64,000 nucleotides of DNA from a virus. Below are positions 27,460 to 35,737 of the stretch, one piece after another; positions within the stretch are counted from its first letter, which is position 1, and each line of letters starts with the position of its first letter. Made by a program: the position numbers and the translations under genes. The stretch lies in IMG/VR virus record IMGVR_UViG_3300045988_182866; one strand, given 5' to 3'. The notes beneath the pieces were generated by a model. It made no database searches. It saw nothing but the letters and a program-made list of their open reading frames with translations, and was not told where the DNA came from.

Positions 27460-28061
27460 ATAATCAATTTATCGTCAGGAATTTTTGTATACATTTGGGC
27501 AAAGGCAAAAGCACAAGAACATTCAATAGGTCCTGTTTGAGAATAGTCATAAGAAAATCCATTTAAGGAAGTTGGAAAGGCTTCCGAAAAGATGAATTGA
27601 ATCTTTGGCTTATTATATTCATCTAAGCCAATTGCACTAACATTTGTCCAATATGACTCTAATCTAAAATAATCTTGTTTAGAAATTAAATTATTTGGGT
27701 CAGGAATTGCGAGTTTCTCATCATGAATAAGATTTAACCAATTATAAAGAGTAATATAGTTAGTATAATCTCCATTAATCTCAAATGAAAAAGTTAATAA
27801 AGGAAATGGTTCTTTAGAATGAGAGGAAACATAAACATTTCCAGAAGCATATCGTTGTGAAATTGCTTTAATGGTAATATCAGGAATTTTAATTTTACTA
27901 AGAGCAAACTGAACTGAATTTTTATTAACAGATTCTTTGGAAATATTAAGAGTTGTCTTATTCAGACGCATTAAAGGCTGTGGCATATTAAAAAGAAATA
28001 TCCACTTATCTGCCCTTGTCTTATTAAGGGGACTTTGAATAATCGGTTGTTCAGTATTCAT
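27456..28061 (-). CDS. hypothetical protein (possible virion protein)
   Basis: 201-aa ORF translationally coupled to its neighbours. Confidence 0.3.
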   Translation of the reverse strand: MNTEQPIIQSPLNKTRADKWIFLFNMPQPLMRLNKTTLNISKESVNKNSVQFALSKIKIPDITIKAISQRYASGNVYVSSHSKEPFPLLTFSFEINGDYTNYITLYNWLNLIHDEKLAIPDPNNLISKQDYFRLESYWTNVSAIGLDEYNKPKIQFIFSEAFPTSLNGFSYDYSQTGPIECSCAFAFAQMYTKIPDDKLII

Positions 28062-29065
28062 TAAACAATGTCTACTCTGGATAAAAGATTTAAATTAGAT
28101 ACCATGAATGATGCAGGATATTTTTCAAACCGGCAAAATGCTGTTTTATTAGCACTTATTTTGGTAATAACATTCTCCGCTTTAGGAAATGTAATGCTTA
28201 TCTCAGTATTTCCAGAGTTTTTAATAGCAACCGTATAAGAAAATATATTAATATCTGGCATATTAGTAAAATTCCAATCTACAGTTTTATCAGCATTAGT
28301 TTGAATAATATAACAAGGATCAATGCCGTCTGAAGCATAATCAAAATTCATATTATCGGTATAATTAATGATTTTATTATGACTTATTTCAGAAGCACTA
28401 ATAGCATCATCAACATATTTTTTAGTTGCTGCATGATTATCATTAGTAGGTGTTACAATTGTAACAGGTTTACCTTCAATTGATGGACCGCTATCTCTTA
28501 CATAGAAACCATTTTCTACACTATCAACATTTGCATACATTGCTACTACATCAGCCTTACAAACCCAGGTATAATAATTTCCTTCATTTGAACCATACTG
28601 TACAGAACGATATGTTGGATAGATTTCCTCTTTCCAGGTCCTATCATTATTAAAAATTATGCCTCCTTGCCAAGAGGCAGATAATTCGCCGCCACTGGCA
28701 ATATTTGCAATTACTTGCTGATAAGTTACTGTATGAGGATTAGACTTATTATCAATATGTGCAGTTAAATCTGTAGATTTGGCAAATGTATCTGAAATAA
28801 GATCATCAGGAACTATACCGGAAGTAGGAATTAATAATACTTCATTAGGAGAAGTACCAGCATTATAATTTACTGCAGTTCCAAAATCTTTTTTAAAATA
28901 ATTAGAAACTGTTCCTAAAGTAACTTTATTAGCTTCTTCCCCATAAACAGAATTAACTGAATCAAATTGTAAAACATAAAATAGACTAGTGTCTGCTAAA
29001 GGATCAGTAAGCGCCGGTAACTGATCTAATGTTACTAAATTAAATTCTGAAGGTGACGAAGCCAT
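28061..29065 (-). CDS. hypothetical virion protein, possibly tail-fibre/receptor-binding-like
   Basis: 334 aa. Contains an ATKKYVDDAI-type motif recurrent in phage fibre proteins; follows the terminase gene. Confidence 0.3.
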   Translation of the reverse strand: MASSPSEFNLVTLDQLPALTDPLADTSLFYVLQFDSVNSVYGEEANKVTLGTVSNYFKKDFGTAVNYNAGTSPNEVLLIPTSGIVPDDLISDTFAKSTDLTAHIDNKSNPHTVTYQQVIANIASGGELSASWQGGIIFNNDRTWKEEIYPTYRSVQYGSNEGNYYTWVCKADVVAMYANVDSVENGFYVRDSGPSIEGKPVTIVTPTNDNHAATKKYVDDAISASEISHNKIINYTDNMNFDYASDGIDPCYIIQTNADKTVDWNFTNMPDINIFSYTVAIKNSGNTEISITFPKAENVITKISANKTAFCRFEKYPASFMVSNLNLLSRVDIV

Positions 29066-29082
29066 TGTTAAAATATTTAAAG

Positions 29083-31020
29083 TTAGAACCAGTTAGGTAA
29101 ATCTCTGACACCAAATTGGTCAAAGCTATTCGGAAGGGTAATCTGGTTTCGATATTCATCCAAACTAAGAGTTTCTCCAAAATCTAAAAGATTCATTTGC
29201 TTTTTTTGTTTAAAATCATTACTTGATGTAATAGTATTAATTTGGCCTTTACTAAATCCGGCCATTACTCCGATAAATGGAGATTCCATATCCAACTCTT
29301 TATAAAGAGTATTAGCCCAATCAGTCCTGGGATCCATTTCCCATCGTTTTTTAATAACAAGAGGAATATTATTGACGTCTTTTTTATCAACAATAAGATA
29401 ATTGTTAATTACTTTCTTATAAAGAGCAAAAAGACTCCAACATAAAGCCAAAACATGGTCATCATGGAATCCTGGTTGAGCACACCATCGAATATTATTA
29501 CTTTGATTACGAATGCAAGTAAATGTTCTTAATTCTTCAATAGTTTTTTTATCATAAATTTTGACAACTCGACGGTCATGAATATAATATTTCATATTAT
29601 GAACGCCTTCGCTTTTTGTCACTCTATTGGTAATAATACCCGGGAGAACTTTTCGCCCTGGGGTTTGCGGCCCGTATCCTGAACCGAAATTAATAAATCT
29701 CGGATAATTATTTTCATAGAACAGCTTTTCACAAACATGGGCCCCAGGGCCGTTTCGTTCAACTGACATAATAGGAGAATACCACTGTTTTGCAATTTCC
29801 AAGACTTTAGCCGCAAAAGTAGTAATATCCATTGTATTAGTTGAATATCTGGCAGCCTGCTCAATATTCAAGGGGTCAGTAATATCAAAAATTTGAATAA
29901 CTGAATAGTCTTGTCCTACGCCTTCAGAAGTATCAACTCCCATGGTATAGATTTTTTCGGAATCAGGTTTTTTCCAAATATAATAATTTCCATCTTCTAA
30001 TATGTTTAATGGTTCAATTAATTCTTTTGTGAACTTATCAAACATGTTAGGATCAAATGGAGAGCCCGAATTATTAAGAAACCTACATTCATATTCTTGA
30101 GTAAATGTATCATAGCTCATTGTGCTCAATTCAGCATCTTTCCAAGCTTCTGTTCTGCCAGGGAAATCAAACCAAAAAGCTTTCTCTAACGCAAAATCGT
30201 TTCTTCCTTCTTCCGCCTTAGATACCAATTCATGAAATTTATTACCTACGCCCTTAGGAGTAGATGCCACAATAAGCTTTGCATTTTTATTATTATTAAA
30301 ACGAGAAGCAAGAGTAGGAGTAACAGCAGCCCAGAAAGCTTCAGCATCTTTAGGAGGAATAATAGCAAACTCGTCAAGAAGAAGAACATCAATAGCTAAA
30401 CCACGAATAGCATCAGGTGAAGTAGCTGATGTTAAGATACGAGAACCATTCGCTAATGTAAAGAATGTTTTATTAAATTCAAGAACACCGCCCTTAATCC
30501 AGTTTTCCATCATTTGGAAAGCCAGACGAACACGCATAAAAATTTCGGTTGCTGTTGACTGTTTGTTAGCGACAATACATACAGTTTGGTCAGGATGAAA
30601 TACTGCAACCCATGTAGCAACGATAGTCATTAAGGTCGTATTATGGGAAAGAATACCGTTGGCATAATATAAATGATTTGAATCTTTAGCTAATTCAAAA
30701 TCATACATATTTTCCCATTCAGATGTTGCAATTACATCAACAACTTTATCTCCTCCATAATTAGTTGCAATATCTTCGCCAAGTGAATCTTTAGCAAAGA
30801 CTTGCTCATCTTTCATAGTAATTAAAATATGATTATCGGCACATTCGAGAATATTACCTGTCTTGAATTTAATAATATATTTTTGATAAGGGACAGTTTT
30901 ATTAATAGTTTTAATATCTGTCCATTCCTGATTTGAAGAAATTTGCCAATTTGAAGCATCAAGAACTTCTTCAAATTTTCTAAAAATTGTTTTAGATAAA
31001 TCTTTAAATTTTTTAAGCAT
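29083..31020 (-). CDS. large terminase subunit (gp17-like), C-terminal portion: intein C-part (blocks B, F, G) fused to the TerL C-extein (Walker B, nuclease domain)
   Basis: 645 aa. After ...NGILSHN the sequence TTLMTIVATWVAVF...ATSPDAIRGLAIDVLLLDEFA...GVDTSEGVGQDYSVIQIFDITD...FHDDHVLALCWSLFAL aligns with T4 gp17 (GKTTVVAIFLAHFV, ASSPDAVRG...[44 protein letters not shown]). The first ~127 aa carry intein blocks B (GNILECADNHILIT) and F/G (MYDFELAKDSNHLYYANGILSHN). Confidence 0.85.
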   Translation of the reverse strand: MLKKFKDLSKTIFRKFEEVLDASNWQISSNQEWTDIKTINKTVPYQKYIIKFKTGNILECADNHILITMKDEQVFAKDSLGEDIATNYGGDKVVDVIATSEWENMYDFELAKDSNHLYYANGILSHNTTLMTIVATWVAVFHPDQTVCIVANKQSTATEIFMRVRLAFQMMENWIKGGVLEFNKTFFTLANGSRILTSATSPDAIRGLAIDVLLLDEFAIIPPKDAEAFWAAVTPTLASRFNNNKNAKLIVASTPKGVGNKFHELVSKAEEGRNDFALEKAFWFDFPGRTEAWKDAELSTMSYDTFTQEYECRFLNNSGSPFDPNMFDKFTKELIEPLNILEDGNYYIWKKPDSEKIYTMGVDTSEGVGQDYSVIQIFDITDPLNIEQAARYSTNTMDITTFAAKVLEIAKQWYSPIMSVERNGPGAHVCEKLFYENNYPRFINFGSGYGPQTPGRKVLPGIITNRVTKSEGVHNMKYYIHDRRVVKIYDKKTIEELRTFTCIRNQSNNIRWCAQPGFHDDHVLALCWSLFALYKKVINNYLIVDKKDVNNIPLVIKKRWEMDPRTDWANTLYKELDMESPFIGVMAGFSKGQINTITSSNDFKQKKQMNLLDFGETLSLDEYRNQITLPNSFDQFGVRDLPNWF

Positions 31021-31159
31021 TTTTAAAGGTAATTTTGTTAATAAACTTTTTAAGCTTATTTTGAATTTTAATTAATTTAAAAAAGATTCCAACGTTAATC
31101 TTAAAGGATAAATTTAAAGGCTTATAACGCACGCAAATTGGCACACTTGGAGAAAGACA
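30640..31159 (-). mobile_element. mini-intein in the TerL P-loop (between GK and TT), encoded across two overlapping ORFs in different frames; candidate atypical split intein
   Basis: N-extein ends SRQWGK, then Cys (CLSPSVPI..., block A). The C-part ends ...ANGILSHN, then Thr-Thr. Joining the exteins gives SRQWGKTT, the gp17 Walker A. The two ORFs overlap by 8 nt (ATGCTTAA) and their frames differ. Confidence 0.7.
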
Positions 31160-31468
31160 TTTGCCCCACTGACGAGAGCTTATAAGCAGTGTCTTCTTAT
31201 TGCGCTGAATTGTTTTTAAGATTTTTTTCTGTTTTTCAAAAAGGGTAATATGTTCTTTTTGACCGCTTAACGCAGAAATAATATAAAAGTGATTTTCAGC
31301 AAAATAGATAATATCTTTCTTACACCGGGCAATCTCTTTAATCATCGCCGGAGTATAGGTATAAGTTGTAGTATTCTTAGGTAAATTAGGATTATTAAGA
31401 TAATATTCCTCATTTGCTACTACTTCTTCACCCCTAAAATCAATGATCTTTGTAGCTTTTTTAGGCAT
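31013..31468 (-). CDS. large terminase subunit (gp17-like), N-terminal portion up to the Walker A Lys, fused to a short intein N-part (48 aa)
   Basis: 151 aa. YTPAMIKEIARCKKDIIYFAENHFYII...KKTLLISSRQWGK aligns with T4 gp17 [27 protein letters not shown]...RMTVCNLSRQLGKTT; then CLSPSVPICV... follows. Confidence 0.8.
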   Translation of the reverse strand: MPKKATKIIDFRGEEVVANEEYYLNNPNLPKNTTTYTYTPAMIKEIARCKKDIIYFAENHFYIISALSGQKEHITLFEKQKKILKTIQRNKKTLLISSRQWGKCLSPSVPICVRYKPLNLSFKINVGIFFKLIKIQNKLKKFINKITFKNA

Positions 31469-31471
31469 AAC

Positions 31472-32071
31472 TTACAGAATTTTATTGATGAAAGAATCAG
31501 GATGAATCAAAGTATTAGTAACATTCATAATCAATAATTCTTTAAAAGTACTATTGATAATAGTATAAAGATATTCATCCATAGAATGAGCATTATCAAT
31601 AATAATCAAATCATAGGTTTGTCCTCTTAGAGCAAATTCTGCAGAGTTCATTGATTTAAACCTAATAAGAGAATTATTACCGAAATAAAATTCAGATTTA
31701 TTGTAATCACGAACACAACCTATAATTTCATTGTTAAGTTCATTTAATGTATCAAGAGCAATACCCAATTCATTAATCATTAAATCAGCCATTTTCCTAT
31801 TCTCAGTAATGAATAAAATTCTGGAATTTGGATTATAATAAGCCTGGGCAAGAGCAAGGGCGATACAAGTTACTGATTTATTAGACTTTCGATTATCAGA
31901 AGATAATAATAATTTTAAACGTTTTTTATTAGACCGCTTAAGAACTTCCATAGTGAATAAAGAAGATTCAAATGGAATTGCCCGTTCTTTGGAATTAATC
32001 ACAAAAATTTCATTTTCATTTAAGGCATCTTCTAAAGCTTTGATGATATTTTCATTATTAAACATATACAA
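31472..32071 (-). CDS. TerL ATPase-core paralog with degenerate Walker A and Walker B Glu->Asn (predicted catalytically inactive)
   Basis: 199 aa. ...KRLKLLLSSDNRKSNKSVTCIALALAQA... sits where TerL has SRQxGKTT; SMNSAEFALRGQTYDLIIIDNAH parallels TerL ATSPDAIRGLAIDVLLLDEFA in the downstream gene, with DN in place of DE. Confidence 0.55.
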   Translation of the reverse strand: MYMFNNENIIKALEDALNENEIFVINSKERAIPFESSLFTMEVLKRSNKKRLKLLLSSDNRKSNKSVTCIALALAQAYYNPNSRILFITENRKMADLMINELGIALDTLNELNNEIIGCVRDYNKSEFYFGNNSLIRFKSMNSAEFALRGQTYDLIIIDNAHSMDEYLYTIINSTFKELLIMNVTNTLIHPDSFINKIL

Positions 32072-32119
32072 TTAATTAAAGCCCTGGAACTGATTTAATT
32101 CCTTTAAATATTAAACATA

Positions 32120-33682
32120 ATGATGAAAAGCTCTAATATTGGAGGCATAGCTGAAGAAATTTTCGCTGAAAGTTATGGTACAGTTGGTAATTTAGTACCT
32201 GAAGAACCAATTACTAAGAAAATTCCTTGTCCTGAAAAGACTAAAAATAAAGTAAAAATTCCGCCTCGTTTCAAAGGTTCTCCTTTCGATTCTTCTGTTG
32301 AAAAGGATTACTATAAAAATGAAACAAATTGTTTTGATGAAGACGAAGAGGACTTTGAAACAGATGATCAGGAAATTCAAGATGTTATTCTTCAGCAATA
32401 TGAAGGTATTGGTCCTAGGACTAATGGAATGGCATTATCTGATATTCTCGGTTATTTCTCTGTTTCCGATGGAGTTTATCCTAAGAACGAAGTCATGCGA
32501 GTTCTTCAAGATATGATTAATAAGAATATTCTTGAAATTGATCCTATCACCAAAAAGATCTTTAAATCTTTAGAAGAAGATGAAGAGGATGAATTTATTA
32601 CTCCTGAAGAAATTACCGATGAAGAAAAAGGAAATGATTTAATTGATTCTGTTATTGACTATTTTGAACAATCTACTTCCGGTTCTGTAGGAGGTATTAA
32701 CCTTTCTCAAATCTTAAAGGACGTAACCTCTAATACCGGAGCTTCCCGAGCTGAAGTAGTTCAGGCTATCAAAGACCTGCTTCAAAGTAATATTCTTAAA
32801 AAGGGTGTTACTGAGGGTACTATCATTTTAAATTCTACTTCCAAAACAGATGAAGTAGAAGAAGATGCAGAAGGACCTATTCCAGTTATTAATCAAGAAA
32901 CCCCCGAAACACTTCGAGCTAAAGGCTGGACGGAAACAGCACCTGGTATTTTTGTTGGTCCTGACGGCGTTCAAAAATATGCTTTAACTGGAGAATCATA
33001 TAACACTAAGCTAAATAAACATATGAGTAATTTTAACGATGATAATTTCAGCAAGTTATGCGAAGAATTTGAAAAAGAATTCGATAAGGTGGATGTGAGT
33101 CTTGACGATTCTACTGAAGGTCTTGATGAATTTGCTGATGAAACTGAAGTATCTGATGAAGAAGGCGAAACTATGACCATGGAAATTCCTCGTCACCTGG
33201 TTGATGCTATTACAGAACTTGCAGCTATTTTTAGTGATTCTGAAGATGAACCTGTCGATGATCTTGCTACTGATGAAGAAGCTACAATTGACCTTATGGA
33301 TGGAGACGGCGATGAAGCCGAAGTTTCTGTTGAAGAAACTGATGAAGATGAAGAAGGTTGCGAAGATGATGAAGAATTCAACTTTGACGAAGACGAAGAA
33401 ACCATTGCTGATACGGCTGGTTCTATCTTTGATGCTTCTTTTGGACCTAATGAAGGCGGAGCTTCTGTAACCAAGGCTTCTACTACTCTTCCGGAAAAAC
33501 GCCGTAAGCCGATTGAAGGAGCTTATAAGCCCAATGCCGGCGGACAAGCTTATGATGCTTCTACCCGCAATGGCGGTGCTTCTGTGACTAAGGCTACTCC
33601 TGCTTTTGATAAGTCTGGAAAGCCAGTTGCTTCTAAGGTAAGTCAGAAAGCCAAATCTAAGAATTCTATTTTTGATTTGTAA
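32120..33682 (+). CDS. poly-acidic low-complexity protein with C-terminal GGASVTKA repeats
   Basis: 520 aa. Long D/E runs (EEDEEDEF, ETDEDEEGCEDDEEFNFDEDEE). GGASVTKAS/T occurs twice near the C-terminus, ahead of a basic tail. Confidence 0.5.
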   Translation: MMKSSNIGGIAEEIFAESYGTVGNLVPEEPITKKIPCPEKTKNKVKIPPRFKGSPFDSSVEKDYYKNETNCFDEDEEDFETDDQEIQDVILQQYEGIGPRTNGMALSDILGYFSVSDGVYPKNEVMRVLQDMINKNILEIDPITKKIFKSLEEDEEDEFITPEEITDEEKGNDLIDSVIDYFEQSTSGSVGGINLSQILKDVTSNTGASRAEVVQAIKDLLQSNILKKGVTEGTIILNSTSKTDEVEEDAEGPIPVINQETPETLRAKGWTETAPGIFVGPDGVQKYALTGESYNTKLNKHMSNFNDDNFSKLCEEFEKEFDKVDVSLDDSTEGLDEFADETEVSDEEGETMTMEIPRHLVDAITELAAIFSDSEDEPVDDLATDEEATIDLMDGDGDEAEVSVEETDEDEEGCEDDEEFNFDEDEETIADTAGSIFDASFGPNEGGASVTKASTTLPEKRRKPIEGAYKPNAGGQAYDASTRNGGASVTKATPAFDKSGKPVASKVSQKAKSKNSIFDL

Positions 33683-33696
33683 TTTAAAAATAAAAT

Positions 33697-33735
33697 TAAA
33701 AAGGGAGTAAGGATGTTTATCCTTACTCCCTTTTT
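33697..33735. terminator. bidirectional hairpin terminator (stem aaaaagggagtaagga / tccttactcccttttt)
   Basis: Perfect inverted repeat with A-run 5' and T-run 3'; lies between convergent genes 32120..33682 (+) and 33794..34402 (-). Confidence 0.55.
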
Positions 33736-33740
33736 AATAA

Positions 33741-33785
33741 TTTGATTGCATAAACATGCACTTTTTATATGTTTATGCAATCAAA
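33741..33785. repeat. 17-bp perfect inverted repeat tttgattgcataaacat / atgtttatgcaatcaaa with 11-nt spacer (second hairpin or protein-binding palindrome)
   Basis: Read directly; immediately 3' of the methyltransferase gene stop (33794). Confidence 0.45.
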
Positions 33786-33793
33786 TTATTTTA

Positions 33794-34402
33794 TTAATTA
33801 ATCCATCTAATTATTGGTTCATTTTTTATCTCCTTTTGCCACACATACATACAATAAGCAGCCGCACCACTATTTTTAAAATTATCGGTTCCTTTACCGC
33901 AACCTTGCCTGTTTACATATACATATACATATTTTGGTGGATATTTTTTAAAAAAATTATAACGTTTGGCTGATTCAAGAAAGGTGAGTTTCATAAACAT
34001 AATGACTAAACCATTATTTTTAACAGTTTTTATTGCTTTTTCTGTAATTTCAACTGCATATCTGTAAGGAGGATTTGTAAAAATACAATCAAATTGATTA
34101 TCCCATTTATTAGTTTTTAAAAAATCAATACCAGTTTCTTCCCCATATCCTCTGTCAATTAAATCAGAAGAATAAACTGAATATCCATTTTCTTTTAATA
34201 TTTTGGATATCGAACCTATACCACAGCATGGTTCTAAAATATTATTAGGAATTATTAAATTAGTATTTTTAGCTGCTTTTAAAAATAATTTTATTGATTC
34301 AGGATGAGTACAATAAAAATCATATTCTTCTACTTCAATCTCCTTTTTTCGATGATTTACTGAATAAAATCCTGAATTTCCGCCTGTCCAATCTTTAATC
34401 AT
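33794..34402 (-). CDS. orphan DNA amino-methyltransferase (N6-adenine or N4-cytosine; NPPY class)
   Basis: 202 aa. Motif I NNILEPCCGIGSISKIL (AdoMet binding); motif IV IFTNPPYR. No adjacent restriction endonuclease gene. Confidence 0.7.
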   Translation of the reverse strand: MIKDWTGGNSGFYSVNHRKKEIEVEEYDFYCTHPESIKLFLKAAKNTNLIIPNNILEPCCGIGSISKILKENGYSVYSSDLIDRGYGEETGIDFLKTNKWDNQFDCIFTNPPYRYAVEITEKAIKTVKNNGLVIMFMKLTFLESAKRYNFFKKYPPKYVYVYVNRQGCGKGTDNFKNSGAAAYCMYVWQKEIKNEPIIRWIN

Positions 34403-34424
34403 AAATGTATTTTAAATAATTTTT

Positions 34425-34907
34425 ATGAAATTATATGAAGTAAAAAAATTATCTTTAAAAGTATTAAAAGAATATGCTTCTAATGATGCTATTTTTACTT
34501 CTATTTCTGGTAAAAAAGGAATAAAAGGTTCTGGGAAAAAAGCCGATAATATTGCTTTAGGAACTACTCGGGCATATCAAGATAATACATATCTTACAAA
34601 ATATGAAAAACAATTGCCCCATTTATCTAAACTTACCCAACAATTAAAAATTGGAGAAAATTCTGGAGCGCTGGAAGTGATAGGGCCGGCATTGGAAGAA
34701 CTTCTTGTTCTGATTAAAGCTACAAAGCCGCTAACTTCTTATAAAGGCTTAGGATGGAAATTACCTCTTGGTGACAATATCTATTTGACTCAATCTGGTA
34801 AACAATACTTTATAAAGTATAATGGGCCTAAAGAAAAAGATCCTAATAAAAATGATTTAACCTCTACTGAACATCATGACAAAGCCATACTGTCCTCTCC
34901 TGCCTAA
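34425..34907 (+). CDS. hypothetical protein
   Basis: 160-aa ORF. Confidence 0.3.
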   Translation: MKLYEVKKLSLKVLKEYASNDAIFTSISGKKGIKGSGKKADNIALGTTRAYQDNTYLTKYEKQLPHLSKLTQQLKIGENSGALEVIGPALEELLVLIKATKPLTSYKGLGWKLPLGDNIYLTQSGKQYFIKYNGPKEKDPNKNDLTSTEHHDKAILSSPA

Positions 34908-35697
34908 AGATTTACCGGAAGGTTCTTTGGATGAATCATTACCTTGGATGGATGTATCTGATGCTTGTAATGATTATAATAATTTAGAAAATTTAGGCGG
35001 CCAGCAAGTAGTTGTTGATTCTGCCTGGAAGGATCTTATTAATTCTGCGGGAATGCCGATTTATTATTTTGTTTATAAATTTAATATAAAGCGTTCTGAT
35101 AAAATTTGGGGTGAAGATATTCTTGCAGAATATGAAGAACCGTTTCAAATTAAAGCATATGTAGAAGTAAAAGATGTTCCTAAAATTTTAGGACCAATGG
35201 GCGGCTTCTTCGCTGATGATACGATTACGGCTTATATTCATATTAAAACCTTTAATCGAAAGACTAAAGGAATGAAAGTTTTTGAAGATTTAAAACTTAG
35301 ATATGAGCCTAAACCCTCTGATTTGATTCAAATTATTGAATTCGGATGTGACAGGCCTGGAGGAAGAGGGGCTAAACTATTTGAGGTTACAAATAAAGAA
35401 GACGAGTTAATCTCTCAAAATTTGAATATGGGATTTGCCCATTATGTCTGGAAAATAACTGCGAAAAGATTTCAGTATAGTTATCAGGATGGCGCAATTA
35501 CTCCTTTCGGAGAAGAAAAGAATTGTCAAGTTTACGATAATCGCGTAGCGGGAATAATTGATACTCCAGAAGAAGTCAGAGATATGAATGCTCCTTCTGA
35601 TAAGTCTTATGAATGGAATATTGATAAAAAATCCAAAGAAGAAATCTTTAATCAGAATGTAAATGACCAAACGGACATTTATGGTGGATATTATTAA
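34876..35697 (+). CDS. hypothetical protein
   Basis: 273-aa ORF. Confidence 0.35.
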   Translation: MTKPYCPLLPKDLPEGSLDESLPWMDVSDACNDYNNLENLGGQQVVVDSAWKDLINSAGMPIYYFVYKFNIKRSDKIWGEDILAEYEEPFQIKAYVEVKDVPKILGPMGGFFADDTITAYIHIKTFNRKTKGMKVFEDLKLRYEPKPSDLIQIIEFGCDRPGGRGAKLFEVTNKEDELISQNLNMGFAHYVWKITAKRFQYSYQDGAITPFGEEKNCQVYDNRVAGIIDTPEEVRDMNAPSDKSYEWNIDKKSKEEIFNQNVNDQTDIYGGYY

Positions 35698-35701
35698 AAT
35701 T

Positions 35702-35737
35702 AAAAAAGCTGAATCATTAATTTGATTCAGCTTTTTT
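35702..35737. terminator. conserved hairpin family, copy A (aaaaaagctgaatca-ttaatt-tgattcagctttttt)
   Basis: Perfect stem flanked by A-run and T-run; lies between convergent genes and overlaps the last codons of 35717..36814. Confidence 0.5.

Noticed and set aside
31016-31084. The TerL frame change as a programmed ribosomal frameshift at the A6/T6 run (31079..31084)
   Set aside because: The downstream frame has a stop (31072..31074) immediately after the T-run, so slippage there cannot join the two ORFs. The junction must lie within 31016..31071, which has no slippery heptamer. A split intein or an indel error is more plausible.
32971-33547. Minus-strand ORFs 32971..33180, 33056..33547 and 33193..33474, and plus-strand ORF 33201..33470, all overlapping the acidic protein gene
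   Set aside because: Reading GAA/GAT-rich DNA in other frames yields Ser/Phe- or Lys/Leu-rich artefacts. They are nested within 32120..33682, with no independent support.
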